Shown here: positions 1-8,543 of the stretch, piece by piece
Position numbering within the stretch: position 1 is the first letter of the stretch
Layout of the letters: each line of letters opens with the position of its first letter
NCBI GenBank assembly: GCA_046726215.1
Contig: JBKPAA010000039.1
Coordinates: forward strand, 14,619-78,618
DNA length: 64,000 nt
Reading direction: 5' to 3'
From: Actinomycetota bacterium
GTDB lineage: Bacteria; Actinomycetota; Acidimicrobiia; Acidimicrobiales; VFJN01
Translations under genes and position numbers: made by a program
Notes under the pieces: model-generated
What the model was told of the DNA's origin: nothing
Database searches by the model: none
What the model saw: only the letters and a program-made list of their open reading frames with translations

Positions 1-416
1 TGGAGCCACCCGACTCGGTGCGCCTGCAGGGCGATCCCCCGAGGATCGTGCATTCGACGCTGGACCACCTCAGTGACAGTGTGGCGCGGGTGGCGGCGGA
101 GGAGCGCAACGCCGTGGATCCCGGCAGCGTGGCGGTCATCGCGCCGCAGACCCTGGTGGGCGACGTGGCCCGGGCGCTCGACCGGGCCGGCATCGAGTAC
201 GGCCGGGCGGCCCGCAACGGGCTCGAGGCCCAGGTCACGCTCGTGCCAGTGAACCTGGTCAAGGGCCTGGAGCTCGACGCCGCCGTGGTGGTGGAGCCCG
301 CCGCCATCGTCGACGAGGAGGCGCAGGGGCCCCGGGCGCTGTACGTGGCACTCACGCGGGCCACCAAGCGCCTCGCCGTCGTGCACACTCGGCCGCTCCC
401 CGAGCCGCTGCGATGA
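1..416 (+). CDS. UvrD/HelD-like SF1 helicase, C-terminal fragment (5' end outside window)
   Basis: Reading frame open to window edge. C-terminal motif LYVALTRATKRLAVVH is typical of the UvrD-like helicase C-terminal domain. Confidence 0.75.
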   Translation, partial: EPPDSVRLQGDPPRIVHSTLDHLSDSVARVAAEERNAVDPGSVAVIAPQTLVGDVARALDRAGIEYGRAARNGLEAQVTLVPVNLVKGLELDAAVVVEPAAIVDEEAQGPRALYVALTRATKRLAVVHTRPLPEPLR

Positions 417-477
417 CAGCCGTTACCCGCCGCGGGATCGGTGGCTCCAGCGACCGATCCCGCGGCAGGATTCCGGG

Positions 478-2052
478 GTGAAGGCCCGGCGCGACCGCTA
501 CGACGTCATTGTCGTGGGGGGCGGGCACAATGCCCTGGTGGCGGCCGCGTACCTGGGTCGGGCGGGCCTCTCGGTGTGCGTGCTGGAGCGGGCCGATCAC
601 GTGGGGGGTGCGGCGGTCAGCGGGCGGGTCTTCGCCGGAGTCGACGCCCGCCTCTCCCGCTACTCGTACCTGGTGAGCCTCCTGCCCGACCGCATCGTCG
701 CCGACCTCGGGCTCCGGCTCGTCCTCGCCTCCCGGCCGGTGGCGTCGTTCACGCCGGTGCGCAGGGATGACGGACGCGACGTAGGCCTCATCGTCGAACG
801 GCATGCGGGCCCGGCGACGGCCGAGTCGTTCCGTGCCCTGACGGGATCCGACGAGGAGTATGCGGCCTGGTGCGACTTCTACGCCGACGCCGCCTGCCTG
901 GCCGGGGTGGTGGCGCCCACCCTGCTCGAGCCACTGCCGACCGCGGACGAGGTGCGTCGACGCGTCGGTGACGCCCGCTGGGAACGGTTTGTCGCCCGCC
1001 CGCTGGGCGTCACGCTGGAGGACACCTTCGCCGACGACGCGGTGCGCGGCCTTGTCCTGACCGATGCCCTCATCGGCACCTTCGCGTCGGCAACCGATCC
1101 GACCCTCCGGCAGAACCGCTGTTTCCTGTACCACCTGATGGGCAACGGGACCGGCGAATGGCGGGTGCCCGTCGGGGGCATGGGGGCCGTGACCACCGAG
1201 CTGGAGCGTGCCGCCCGCGCCGCCGGCGCCGAGCTGGCGACCGGCGCCAAGGTCGTGCGGGTCGACGCCGATGGCCGGGACGCCGAGGTCACGTACGTGA
1301 CCGACGGTGGCGCGGGTGACGAGCGGCGGGTGGCGGGGCGGTTCGTGCTCGCCGGTGTGGCCCCGGCGGTCCTGGACCGGCTGCGGGGGCATGCGCGCGG
1401 CTCCGGGCCGGAGGGCGCCCAGGTGAAGATCAACATGGTGCTCGATCGGCTGCCGCGGCTGCGCAGCGGGCACGATCCCCGCGTCGCCTTCGCCGGCACG
1501 TTCCACATCGACGAGGGCTACGCGGCGCTGGAGTCGGCCCATGCGGCGGCCTCCGCCGGTCGCCTACCCGACCCCTTGCCGGGCGAGGTCTACTGCCACA
1601 CGCTGACCGATCCCTCGATCCTGGCCCCTGAGTTGGCTGCGCGTGGGGTGCACACGCTCACGCTGTTCGGGCTGCAGACGCCCGCCCGCCTGTTCGCCGA
1701 CGACCACGACCGTTCGGTGCTCGACGAGGCGGTGCGGCGGCACCTGGCCGGGCTCGACGCCTACCTCACCGACCCGGTGGCGGGGTGCCTCGCCAGCGAC
1801 GCCGAGGGGCGCCCGTGCCTGCAGGCCGTCGGCCCCGGCGACCTGGAGGCCACCCTCTCCATGCCGGGCGGTCACATCTTCCATGGCGATTTGAGCTGGC
1901 CCTGGGACGGCGAGGACCGGGACGATCGGTGGGGCGTCTCGACCGACGTCGCCAATCTGCTGGTTTGCGGAGCCGGGACCCGCCGCGGCGGCGGCGTCAG
2001 CGGCATCGGCGGCCACAACGCTGCCATGGCCGTCCTCGACCGGCAGCGCTGA
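478..2052 (+). CDS. NAD(P)/FAD-dependent oxidoreductase, phytoene-desaturase (CrtI-like) family
   Basis: GTG start. N-terminal dinucleotide-binding motif YDVIVVGGGHNALVAAAYLGRAG..LERADHVGG. 524 aa with coding-like codon bias. Confidence 0.85.
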   Translation: MKARRDRYDVIVVGGGHNALVAAAYLGRAGLSVCVLERADHVGGAAVSGRVFAGVDARLSRYSYLVSLLPDRIVADLGLRLVLASRPVASFTPVRRDDGRDVGLIVERHAGPATAESFRALTGSDEEYAAWCDFYADAACLAGVVAPTLLEPLPTADEVRRRVGDARWERFVARPLGVTLEDTFADDAVRGLVLTDALIGTFASATDPTLRQNRCFLYHLMGNGTGEWRVPVGGMGAVTTELERAARAAGAELATGAKVVRVDADGRDAEVTYVTDGGAGDERRVAGRFVLAGVAPAVLDRLRGHARGSGPEGAQVKINMVLDRLPRLRSGHDPRVAFAGTFHIDEGYAALESAHAAASAGRLPDPLPGEVYCHTLTDPSILAPELAARGVHTLTLFGLQTPARLFADDHDRSVLDEAVRRHLAGLDAYLTDPVAGCLASDAEGRPCLQAVGPGDLEATLSMPGGHIFHGDLSWPWDGEDRDDRWGVSTDVANLLVCGAGTRRGGGVSGIGGHNAAMAVLDRQR

Positions 2053-2113
2053 GACGGCGGCAAGGACCGCGCCTTCCGGACTTCGGGAACCCAGAGGTAC
2101 GTTGTCAGGCGCC

Positions 2114-3253
2114 ATGAACGCACCGATGGGGATCGATGTGCGAGGGGTGTCCAAGCGCTTCGGCGCGCTCGAGGTGCTCCGGGACGTCGACCTGCGGGTC
2201 GACCCCGGCCGGGTCGTGGCGCTCCTGGGCTCGAGCGGCTGCGGCAAGACGACGCTGCTGCGCGCCGTCGCCGGGCTCGAGCGGCTCGATGCCGGGGAGG
2301 TTCGGGTCGGTGACCGGGTTCTTTCGGCGAGCGCGCGCGGCATCCACGTGCCGCCGGAGAAGCGGCGGATCGGGATGGTGTTCCAGGACTGGGCGCTGTT
2401 CCCCCACCTGAGCGTCGCCCAGAACGTGGGCTACGGCCTGCCCCGGTCCGAGCGGCAGGGGCCGCGCGTGGGCGAGGCGCTGCGCATGGTCGGGCTCGAG
2501 GGGCTCGGCGACCGGCACCCGGCCACCCTGTCGGGCGGCCAGCAGCAGCGCGTGGCCCTGGCCCGGGCACTGGCCCCGCAGCCGGGCGTGCTGCTGCTGG
2601 ACGAGCCGTTCTCCAACCTCGACTCCACGCTACGGGTGCAGGTCCGCACCGAGGTGCACCAGCTCCTGGCCGAGCTGGGCGTCACCACCGTGTTCGTGAC
2701 CCACGACCAGGAAGAGGCGTTCGTGCTCGGCGACGAGGTGGCGGTCATGCAGGCCGGCCGCATCGTGCAGCAGGCCCGGCCCGCCGACCTCTATGCCTGC
2801 CCGGCGAATCCGTGGGTGGCGAGCTTCGTGGGTGACGCCAACCTCGTGGCCGGCGACGCCCGCGGTGGCCACGCCGCCACTGCGGTGGGGGACGTCGAGA
2901 TCGACGTGCGGGATGCGGGTGGCTCCGCACACGGGCCGGTCGACGTGGTGCTGCGGGCCGAGCAGCTACGGCTCGACCCGCTCGGCCCGGTCGACACTCC
3001 CGGGGGCCGGGGCGTGCCCGCCACCGTCGAGCTGACCGAGTACTACGGGCACGACACCGTCTACCTCGTGCGCCCCGACGGCGGCGACCCGGTCCGTGCC
3101 CGTGCCGCCGCCACGCCGCGGTTCGAGCGCGGCGACCGCGTCGTCATGACCTACGACGGGCCGCCGGCCGTCGTGTTCCCCGCCGAGCGGGCGAATGGGA
3201 ACGGGGCCCGCCGGCCCCACGCAGTGGCGGGTCGACCAGTCGACGCGCGGTGA
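2114..3253 (+). CDS. ABC importer ATP-binding protein (FbpC/PotA-like, with C-terminal regulatory extension)
   Basis: Walker A GSSGCGKTT, signature LSGGQQQRVALARAL, Walker B LLLLDEPFS, H-loop FVTHDQ. ATG 2114 preferred over TTG 2102. Confidence 0.9.
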   Translation: MNAPMGIDVRGVSKRFGALEVLRDVDLRVDPGRVVALLGSSGCGKTTLLRAVAGLERLDAGEVRVGDRVLSASARGIHVPPEKRRIGMVFQDWALFPHLSVAQNVGYGLPRSERQGPRVGEALRMVGLEGLGDRHPATLSGGQQQRVALARALAPQPGVLLLDEPFSNLDSTLRVQVRTEVHQLLAELGVTTVFVTHDQEEAFVLGDEVAVMQAGRIVQQARPADLYACPANPWVASFVGDANLVAGDARGGHAATAVGDVEIDVRDAGGSAHGPVDVVLRAEQLRLDPLGPVDTPGGRGVPATVELTEYYGHDTVYLVRPDGGDPVRARAAATPRFERGDRVVMTYDGPPAVVFPAERANGNGARRPHAVAGRPVDAR

Positions 3254-4626
3254 TCGCGGTCATCGGTGCGGGCCCCGCAGGGCTCGCCGCCGCTTGGCGC
3301 ACGGCGGCCTCCGGGCACGAGGTGGTGGTCGTCGAGCGCGCCCCCTCGGTCGGCGGCATGGCCGGATCGTTCGACGTGGCCGGGCTCCGGGTCGACCACG
3401 GCAGCCATCGGCTCCATCCGGCCACTCCGTCGCCCATCCTCGCGGCACTCCACGACCTGCTGGGCGCCGACCTTCAGGTGCGGCCCCGCCACGGGCGCGT
3501 CCGACTGGTCGACCGTTGGGTCGCCTTCCCCCTGCGGACCGGCGACGTGGTGCGCCGGATGCCCCCGGCGTTCGCGGTCCGGGCCGCCGTCGACGCGCTG
3601 GGCGCACCGCTGCGCCGCCCCCGCGCCGACAGCTTCGCCGAGGTGGTGCGTGCCGGGCTCGGGCCCGCCGTGCTCGACGCCTTCTACGAGCCGTACGCCC
3701 GCAAGCTGTGGGACACGCCGGCGGCGCAGTTGGCCGGCGAGCTGGCGCGTCGCCGGGTGAGCGCCTCGTCCCCGTCTGACATCGTCCGCCGCCTGGCCCG
3801 CGGCGCCCGGCCCGCGGGCCGGACGTTCCTGTATCCCCGCCGTGGCTTCGGGGCGATCCCCGAGGCGCTGGCGGAGGCGGCGGACGGCGCCGGCGCCCGT
3901 ATCCGCCTCGGCTGCGGGCTCGAGGCTCTCCGCCGCCGCCCCGACGGCGGCTGGCGCCTGGCGCTCGACGACGGCACCGGTCTGGACGCCGATCACGTGT
4001 GGGCGACCGTTCCGCTCGCGGCGCTGGCGGGCGTGGTCGATCCGCCCCCGCCCCAAGCCGCACTGGATGCCGCCGCCAGGCTGCGCCACCGGGGCATGGT
4101 GCTGCTCTACCTCGTGCTCGACCGCCGGCAATGGACGGAGTACGACGCCCACTATTTCCCCGGCCCCGAGGTCATGGCCTCCCGTTTGTCGGAGCCGCGC
4201 AACTACCGCGACAACCCCGACGATGCCGCCGACCGCACCGTGCTGTGCGCCGAGATCCCCTGCTGGCCGGGCGACCGCGTGTGGAATTCCGCCGACGCCG
4301 ACCTGGCCGCCCGGCTCAGCCGCGAGTTGACGGCGGCAGGGCTGCCCGAGCCGTGTGCCGTCGACGTGGCGAGCCGGCGGCTACCGCACGTGTACCCGGT
4401 CTACGGTCCGGGGTTCGCCGACGATCTGGCGGCCCTGGAGCGCTGGGCGACGGCGGCCGGGCTGGTCATCTTCGGCCGCCAGGGCCTGTTCACCCCGGAC
4501 AACACCCACCACGCGCTAGCCATGGGCTGGGCCGCCGCCGAGGCCTTGCGCCCCGACGGCACGTTCGATCGCACCGCCTGGCACTCGGCACGAGACGGCT
4601 TCCGGTCCTTCGTGGTCGAGGACTGA
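3250..4626 (+). CDS. FAD-dependent oxidoreductase (amine oxidase / protoporphyrinogen oxidase-like fold)
   Basis: GTG 3250 overlaps the TGA of the upstream ATPase (GTGA). Rossmann motif VIGAGPAGLAAA..VVVVERAPSVGGM. Confidence 0.8.
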   Translation: MIAVIGAGPAGLAAAWRTAASGHEVVVVERAPSVGGMAGSFDVAGLRVDHGSHRLHPATPSPILAALHDLLGADLQVRPRHGRVRLVDRWVAFPLRTGDVVRRMPPAFAVRAAVDALGAPLRRPRADSFAEVVRAGLGPAVLDAFYEPYARKLWDTPAAQLAGELARRRVSASSPSDIVRRLARGARPAGRTFLYPRRGFGAIPEALAEAADGAGARIRLGCGLEALRRRPDGGWRLALDDGTGLDADHVWATVPLAALAGVVDPPPPQAALDAAARLRHRGMVLLYLVLDRRQWTEYDAHYFPGPEVMASRLSEPRNYRDNPDDAADRTVLCAEIPCWPGDRVWNSADADLAARLSRELTAAGLPEPCAVDVASRRLPHVYPVYGPGFADDLAALERWATAAGLVIFGRQGLFTPDNTHHALAMGWAAAEALRPDGTFDRTAWHSARDGFRSFVVED

Positions 4627-4646
4627 TCCCGCCACTCCATCGCCTC

Positions 4647-4760
4647 ACCCGAGGCAATGGGTTCCGGCGAACCGAGCCTGAGGCTATGGGTACCGGTTCC
4701 GGAACCTATGACCTCGAGTCCTCCGCGACGGAACCCATTGCCTCAGGCGACCCGGCGTCC
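4647..4760. repeat. Nested-palindrome intergenic repeat, copy 1
   Basis: Four copies of a ~16-nt motif GAGGCAATGGGTTCCG, two direct then two inverted. The outer arms form a perfect 16-bp stem (gaggcaatgggttccg / cggaacccattgcctc). A second copy lies at 18448-18563. Confidence 0.7.
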
Positions 4761-4879
4761 CGCGAGCTGGTCCAGCCTCACCGCTCGGGTGTCCGCGATA
4801 TCGGAGCAGAACGGATGACGTCAGGCAGGCGCATGTGGAACCCATGGCCTCGGGTCGGGCCGTGGCCGGGCCCGCCGGG

Positions 4880-5938
4880 TCAGTGGTGGCGACCGAGCAT
4901 GTACGGGATCATCGCCCGCACGAAATCCTTGTCGGCGCCCTCGAAGGCGTCCGCGAACGCCGCCTCGAAGGTGTCGAGCGCAGATCCGGCGATGCCCTCG
5001 GCGTAGGCGCGGGCGAACTCGATGCTGCCGTACACGTCGAACAGCGCCCGGATCTCGGCGATCACCTCGGGACCGCGCTCGGTGGGCGCCAGGCGGAGAT
5101 AGCGGTCGACCTTGTGCCGGTGCGACCCGCGGGCGGCACCGATCAGGTGGATCAGCACCAGCGTGCGCTTTCCCTCGCGGAGGTCGCCGTTGATCTCCTT
5201 GCCGTAGAGCGACTCGTCGCCCACCAGGTTGAGCAGGTCGTCCTGGATCTGGAACGCCGCACCCAGGTGGAACCCGAACCGCACCATGGGCCGCAGGTCG
5301 GCCCGGCCGCTGGACCCGAGGAGCGCCCCCACCCGTAGGGGGTGGATGGTCGTGTACCAGCAGGTCTTGCGCATGATGAGGTCGAGGTAGTCCTCGGGCA
5401 CCAGCCGCGCCACTGCGTCGCGGCGCCAGCCCAGCTCCGTCGCCTGGCCCTCGAGCGTCCGCAGCGCCATCGTGTCGAACTCGTCGAGCAGGCGTTCGCC
5501 GAGGTCGTCGCCGAGCCGGCGGGCGTGCTGGCGCAGCACCTGGTGGGCGAGGACGGCGAGGGCGTCACCGGCGTTGAGCGCCAACTCCGGACCGTGCTCG
5601 GCGGGCAGGGTGGGGCGTCCCCGCCGCCGCTCGCTCCCGTCGGCGATGTCGTCGTGCACCAGGAACGCGTTGTGGAGCATCTCGATGGCGACGGCCGCGC
5701 CGCGGGCGTCGTCGTCGCACCCCCCGAAGGCGCGGCAGGTGGCGAGGCACAGCGCCGGCCGGATCGCCTTGCCCGGCCGGCTCGGGTACGACCGCACCAG
5801 GCGGTAGAGCCAGTCGTGGGGCTCGGCGTCGGGGACCGCTGCGAGCATGGCCCGGCGAATGTCGCGCCCCACCGCGCGCAGGCGCTCGTCCACCACGGTT
5901 GCGTCGGTGGGCGCCTGGGTGGTGGGTGTGGCGGTCAC
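4880..5938 (-). CDS. Polyprenyl (geranylgeranyl-type) diphosphate synthase
   Basis: Both aspartate-rich motifs are present: LVHDDIADGSERRRG and FQIQDDLLN. The likely GTG start at 5938 overlaps the stop of the upstream gene (GTGA). Confidence 0.9.
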   Translation of the reverse strand: MTATPTTQAPTDATVVDERLRAVGRDIRRAMLAAVPDAEPHDWLYRLVRSYPSRPGKAIRPALCLATCRAFGGCDDDARGAAVAIEMLHNAFLVHDDIADGSERRRGRPTLPAEHGPELALNAGDALAVLAHQVLRQHARRLGDDLGERLLDEFDTMALRTLEGQATELGWRRDAVARLVPEDYLDLIMRKTCWYTTIHPLRVGALLGSSGRADLRPMVRFGFHLGAAFQIQDDLLNLVGDESLYGKEINGDLREGKRTLVLIHLIGAARGSHRHKVDRYLRLAPTERGPEVIAEIRALFDVYGSIEFARAYAEGIAGSALDTFEAAFADAFEGADKDFVRAMIPYMLGRHH

Positions 5939-6816
5939 TCGCCGCTCGCCACGGTGACGATGATCGGGAGCCACACGTCGGGCGCACCGGCCACGAGCAG
6001 GACACCGTGGTACACACCGCCGGGCACGTCAGCGCCGACGTCGGCGCCGACGGCGGCCACGACCAACACGCCCCGGCTCGACCGGGCCGGGAGCTCTTCG
6101 AGCGACGGCGGATCGAACCCGATGCAGGACGCCGGAAGCGTGCTGCCATCGTGGCTGCGCAGGTCGCCGCTGTGCGGGCGCAGGCCCAGCATCGGCTCGG
6201 CCGTGCCGTTGTGCAGCCAGACCTCAGCCGAGCCACTGCGGCCCGAGGGTCCGTCCGACCCGCCCGCGCGTTCGTCCGACCCGCCCGCGCGTTCGTCCGA
6301 CCCGCCGGGACGGTCGTCGGACCCGCCGACCCGGATGGTGAGGCGCACGGCGCCGGTCGCCGTGCCCCGGCCCACATCCGCCGTGGCGATCGACTCGCCC
6401 CCGGGCCCGAGCCCGCCGTTGGTGCGCGCGACGGCCGCCATCGCCTGCAACCCGCGTTGGAACAGGTCCACCCAGGCGTGCAAGAGGTCGGCCGACGGGA
6501 CGCCGGGGGCCAAGGGACGCGGGGTTCCAGGAGGCGCGCCGGCAGTGCCGTTCGCGCCGGCACCATCGCCATGCGTTGGCTCAGTGGGCGATGGTGGGCC
6601 ACCGCCCGTCCCCGGATCTTGGGGCCTGTCACGGTCGACGGCGCCGATCAGCCGGTCGACCAGCTCGCCGGCAGCGCGCAGCCCACGCCGCTGGATGTCA
6701 CCCAGGGCCGCGGCGTTGGCGCTCGGATCGAGGATCGACAGCCACGGCGACTCGCCACCCCCCTTGTCGTGTCGTCGTTCACCCACCTGGTGCTCCTCAA
6801 CCACGCACCCGCACAT
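5935..6816 (-). CDS. Hypothetical protein with an internal GGSD(E/D)R(A/P) tandem repeat and a beta-rich C-terminus
   Basis: 293-aa ORF with good codon bias, translationally coupled to the polyprenyl synthase. No recognisable catalytic motif. Confidence 0.6.
   Translation of the reverse strand: MCGCVVEEHQVGERRHDKGGGESPWLSILDPSANAAALGDIQRRGLRAAGELVDRLIGAVDRDRPQDPGTGGGPPSPTEPTHGDGAGANGTAGAPPGTPRPLAPGVPSADLLHAWVDLFQRGLQAMAAVARTNGGLGPGGESIATADVGRGTATGAVRLTIRVGGSDDRPGGSDERAGGSDERAGGSDGPSGRSGSAEVWLHNGTAEPMLGLRPHSGDLRSHDGSTLPASCIGFDPPSLEELPARSSRGVLVVAAVGADVGADVPGGVYHGVLLVAGAPDVWLPIIVTVASGE
6253..6330. repeat. 21-bp tandem repeat (~3.7 units) inside CDS 5935-6816
   Basis: The unit gtccgacccgcccgcgcgttc occurs twice exactly (6253-6273, 6274-6294), followed by two diverged units. 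It is in frame and encodes GGSDERA-type heptads on the minus strand. Confidence 0.85.
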
Positions 6817-6898
6817 GCTCCCGCCACCAGCCTGGCCCGGCGCTATCGGATCGGTAGGCTACGCGAGAGGAGTCATGAGGCGGGTGGGCTGACAGGCG

Positions 6899-8539
6899 AT
6901 GAGTGAGATCGGCGATCTGATCGCCATCTTGGGCGCAATCGATAGCGCCGTGCGCGACGACGAAGGGGACGACAGGCGCGCCCAAGTGGCCGCCCTGGTG
7001 AAGGCGTACCGCGAGGGCAACCGATTCGGCTGGTATGACAGCTTCGTCCAGCGTGATGGCAACCAGGGCCTGCCCGACATCGAGACGGCGATGCGCAACC
7101 TGCGTCAGCCGACCAGGTTCGCCGCCATGCTGCCGCGGCGGCTCCTGGTGGTGGCGCTGGCCGCTCGGGTCTTCCCGGACCGGTTCGGACCGCACGGCGA
7201 GGAAGCCGAGGCCTCCCTGAGAGCGCTCACGATCCCGGGCGTGCTGGCGGGACTGCCCCTGCTGCCGACGCCACCGATCGACGAGCCACCCGACGTACCC
7301 GACTTCGGCGACCCGACCCTCCGATCCCAGGCCGAGGAGCTGCTCGCGGCCCTCGCCGACCCCGAGCGGCTCCCACGCGTCGAGGACTGGCACGAATTCC
7401 TGGCCAGTACCTCGCATGTCCTGAGCCCGCAGCTCGCCAGCCTGCCGGCACCCTGCACGACCGCCGTCATCGAGCCGCCGACCGGCGCGGACGATGCGGT
7501 CGTGGTGCTGCGTACCAGCCTCTGCGTGGCGAGCGTCGATCTGGCGGCGCTGTCCGCGGGCTTCCTCGATCCGACGAACTGGCCGGGCTGCAGTCCGTGG
7601 TGGTGCGAGATCCTGCCGGCGCCGGGTGCGGGGCCAGGACTGAATCGATATCTCGAGGTCGTCGCCGCCGATTGCCCGAACCACGTCTTCGAGGTGGCGG
7701 TCTTCCTCGACTTCGCGACCGCCATCGACGTGGAGACCCGCAAGGTCGTCACGTACAACAAGAGCCCCGACCAGAGCGGAATGGTTGGCGGGCTGCGCGC
7801 CAACGACGCGGTCGAGGTTGACCGGGGCGTCATCGACGTCCGCCGGGAGCGGGATCACGTGCGAGTCGAGACCACCAAGCGGATCCGCTTCAGCGACCCC
7901 CTCGACGCTGACGCTCTCTCGGTGATCGCCTGCCTGGTGGGTTACGGGGACGTGGCGGCCGACGTCATCTGCGATTGCTCCGGGGGTCTACCGCAGCCGA
8001 TCGACTGCGATCCCGACGCAGCACCGGCCGGCGGCGCGACATCGGCCGTCGACCGGTTCGTCGACCTGGCGCGGAAGTGTGTGACCGATGCGGGCGACGA
8101 GGCGCGCCGCATCGCCGGTCGGATCGACGAGGGTTCCTATACACCGGAAAAGGCGGCGGAGGATGCCAGCAGGGCCGCGGCTCTCGCGCTCCGAGGATTG
8201 GCGACGCTCGCCACCACCTTCCTCGAGGCCATCAAGGACGTTGCCGGCACGTCGGCCGCTCCGTCCACGCTGCAGTCGGCGCCGTTCGGTTTCCGCAGCG
8301 CACTCCCCGATGACAGCCAGTTGGCACTGGCGGGACCGTTGCGCTCGCCGTACGGCGAACAGATCGAGGTCGCTCGTGTCGAGATCCTGCCCCCGGCGTT
8401 GAGCACCGGTGGTGAGTTCCGGTTGAAGGTCGACATCTCCGGCCTGGAAGGCAGCGCGTACACCGGTGAGGTGACCGCGATGAGCCCGGCGAGCGGCGCA
8501 GAGGTCGGCCGCGTCGACGTCGATGTGATCGTTCCGTGA
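6899..8539 (+). CDS. Hypothetical protein (546 aa), first gene of the cyclase-STAND operon
   Basis: ATG start, consistent codon bias, stop 5 nt before the next gene. Its C-terminal helical segment and beta-rich tail resemble those of 5935-6816 and 14451-14956. Confidence 0.7.
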   Translation: MSEIGDLIAILGAIDSAVRDDEGDDRRAQVAALVKAYREGNRFGWYDSFVQRDGNQGLPDIETAMRNLRQPTRFAAMLPRRLLVVALAARVFPDRFGPHGEEAEASLRALTIPGVLAGLPLLPTPPIDEPPDVPDFGDPTLRSQAEELLAALADPERLPRVEDWHEFLASTSHVLSPQLASLPAPCTTAVIEPPTGADDAVVVLRTSLCVASVDLAALSAGFLDPTNWPGCSPWWCEILPAPGAGPGLNRYLEVVAADCPNHVFEVAVFLDFATAIDVETRKVVTYNKSPDQSGMVGGLRANDAVEVDRGVIDVRRERDHVRVETTKRIRFSDPLDADALSVIACLVGYGDVAADVICDCSGGLPQPIDCDPDAAPAGGATSAVDRFVDLARKCVTDAGDEARRIAGRIDEGSYTPEKAAEDASRAAALALRGLATLATTFLEAIKDVAGTSAAPSTLQSAPFGFRSALPDDSQLALAGPLRSPYGEQIEVARVEILPPALSTGGEFRLKVDISGLEGSAYTGEVTAMSPASGAEVGRVDVDVIVP

Positions 8540-8543
8540 GGTC

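Noticed and set aside
352-1542. Very long antisense or overlapping ORFs throughout the track, for example 352-1542(-), 3151-4152(-), 8910-11420(-), 16766-18067(-), 17887-19830(-), 20992-22038(-), 22995-24257(-), 33432-35033(-), 57862-59070(-)
   Set aside because: Their translations are Arg/Pro/Gly/Ala-rich and low in complexity. Each lies opposite an ORF with clear family motifs and proper third-position GC bias. They are typical shadow ORFs of high-GC DNA.
6253-6330. CRISPR array
   Set aside because: The repeats are contiguous 21-bp units without spacers and are in frame within a CDS. No CRISPR-like repeat-spacer structure was seen anywhere in the window.
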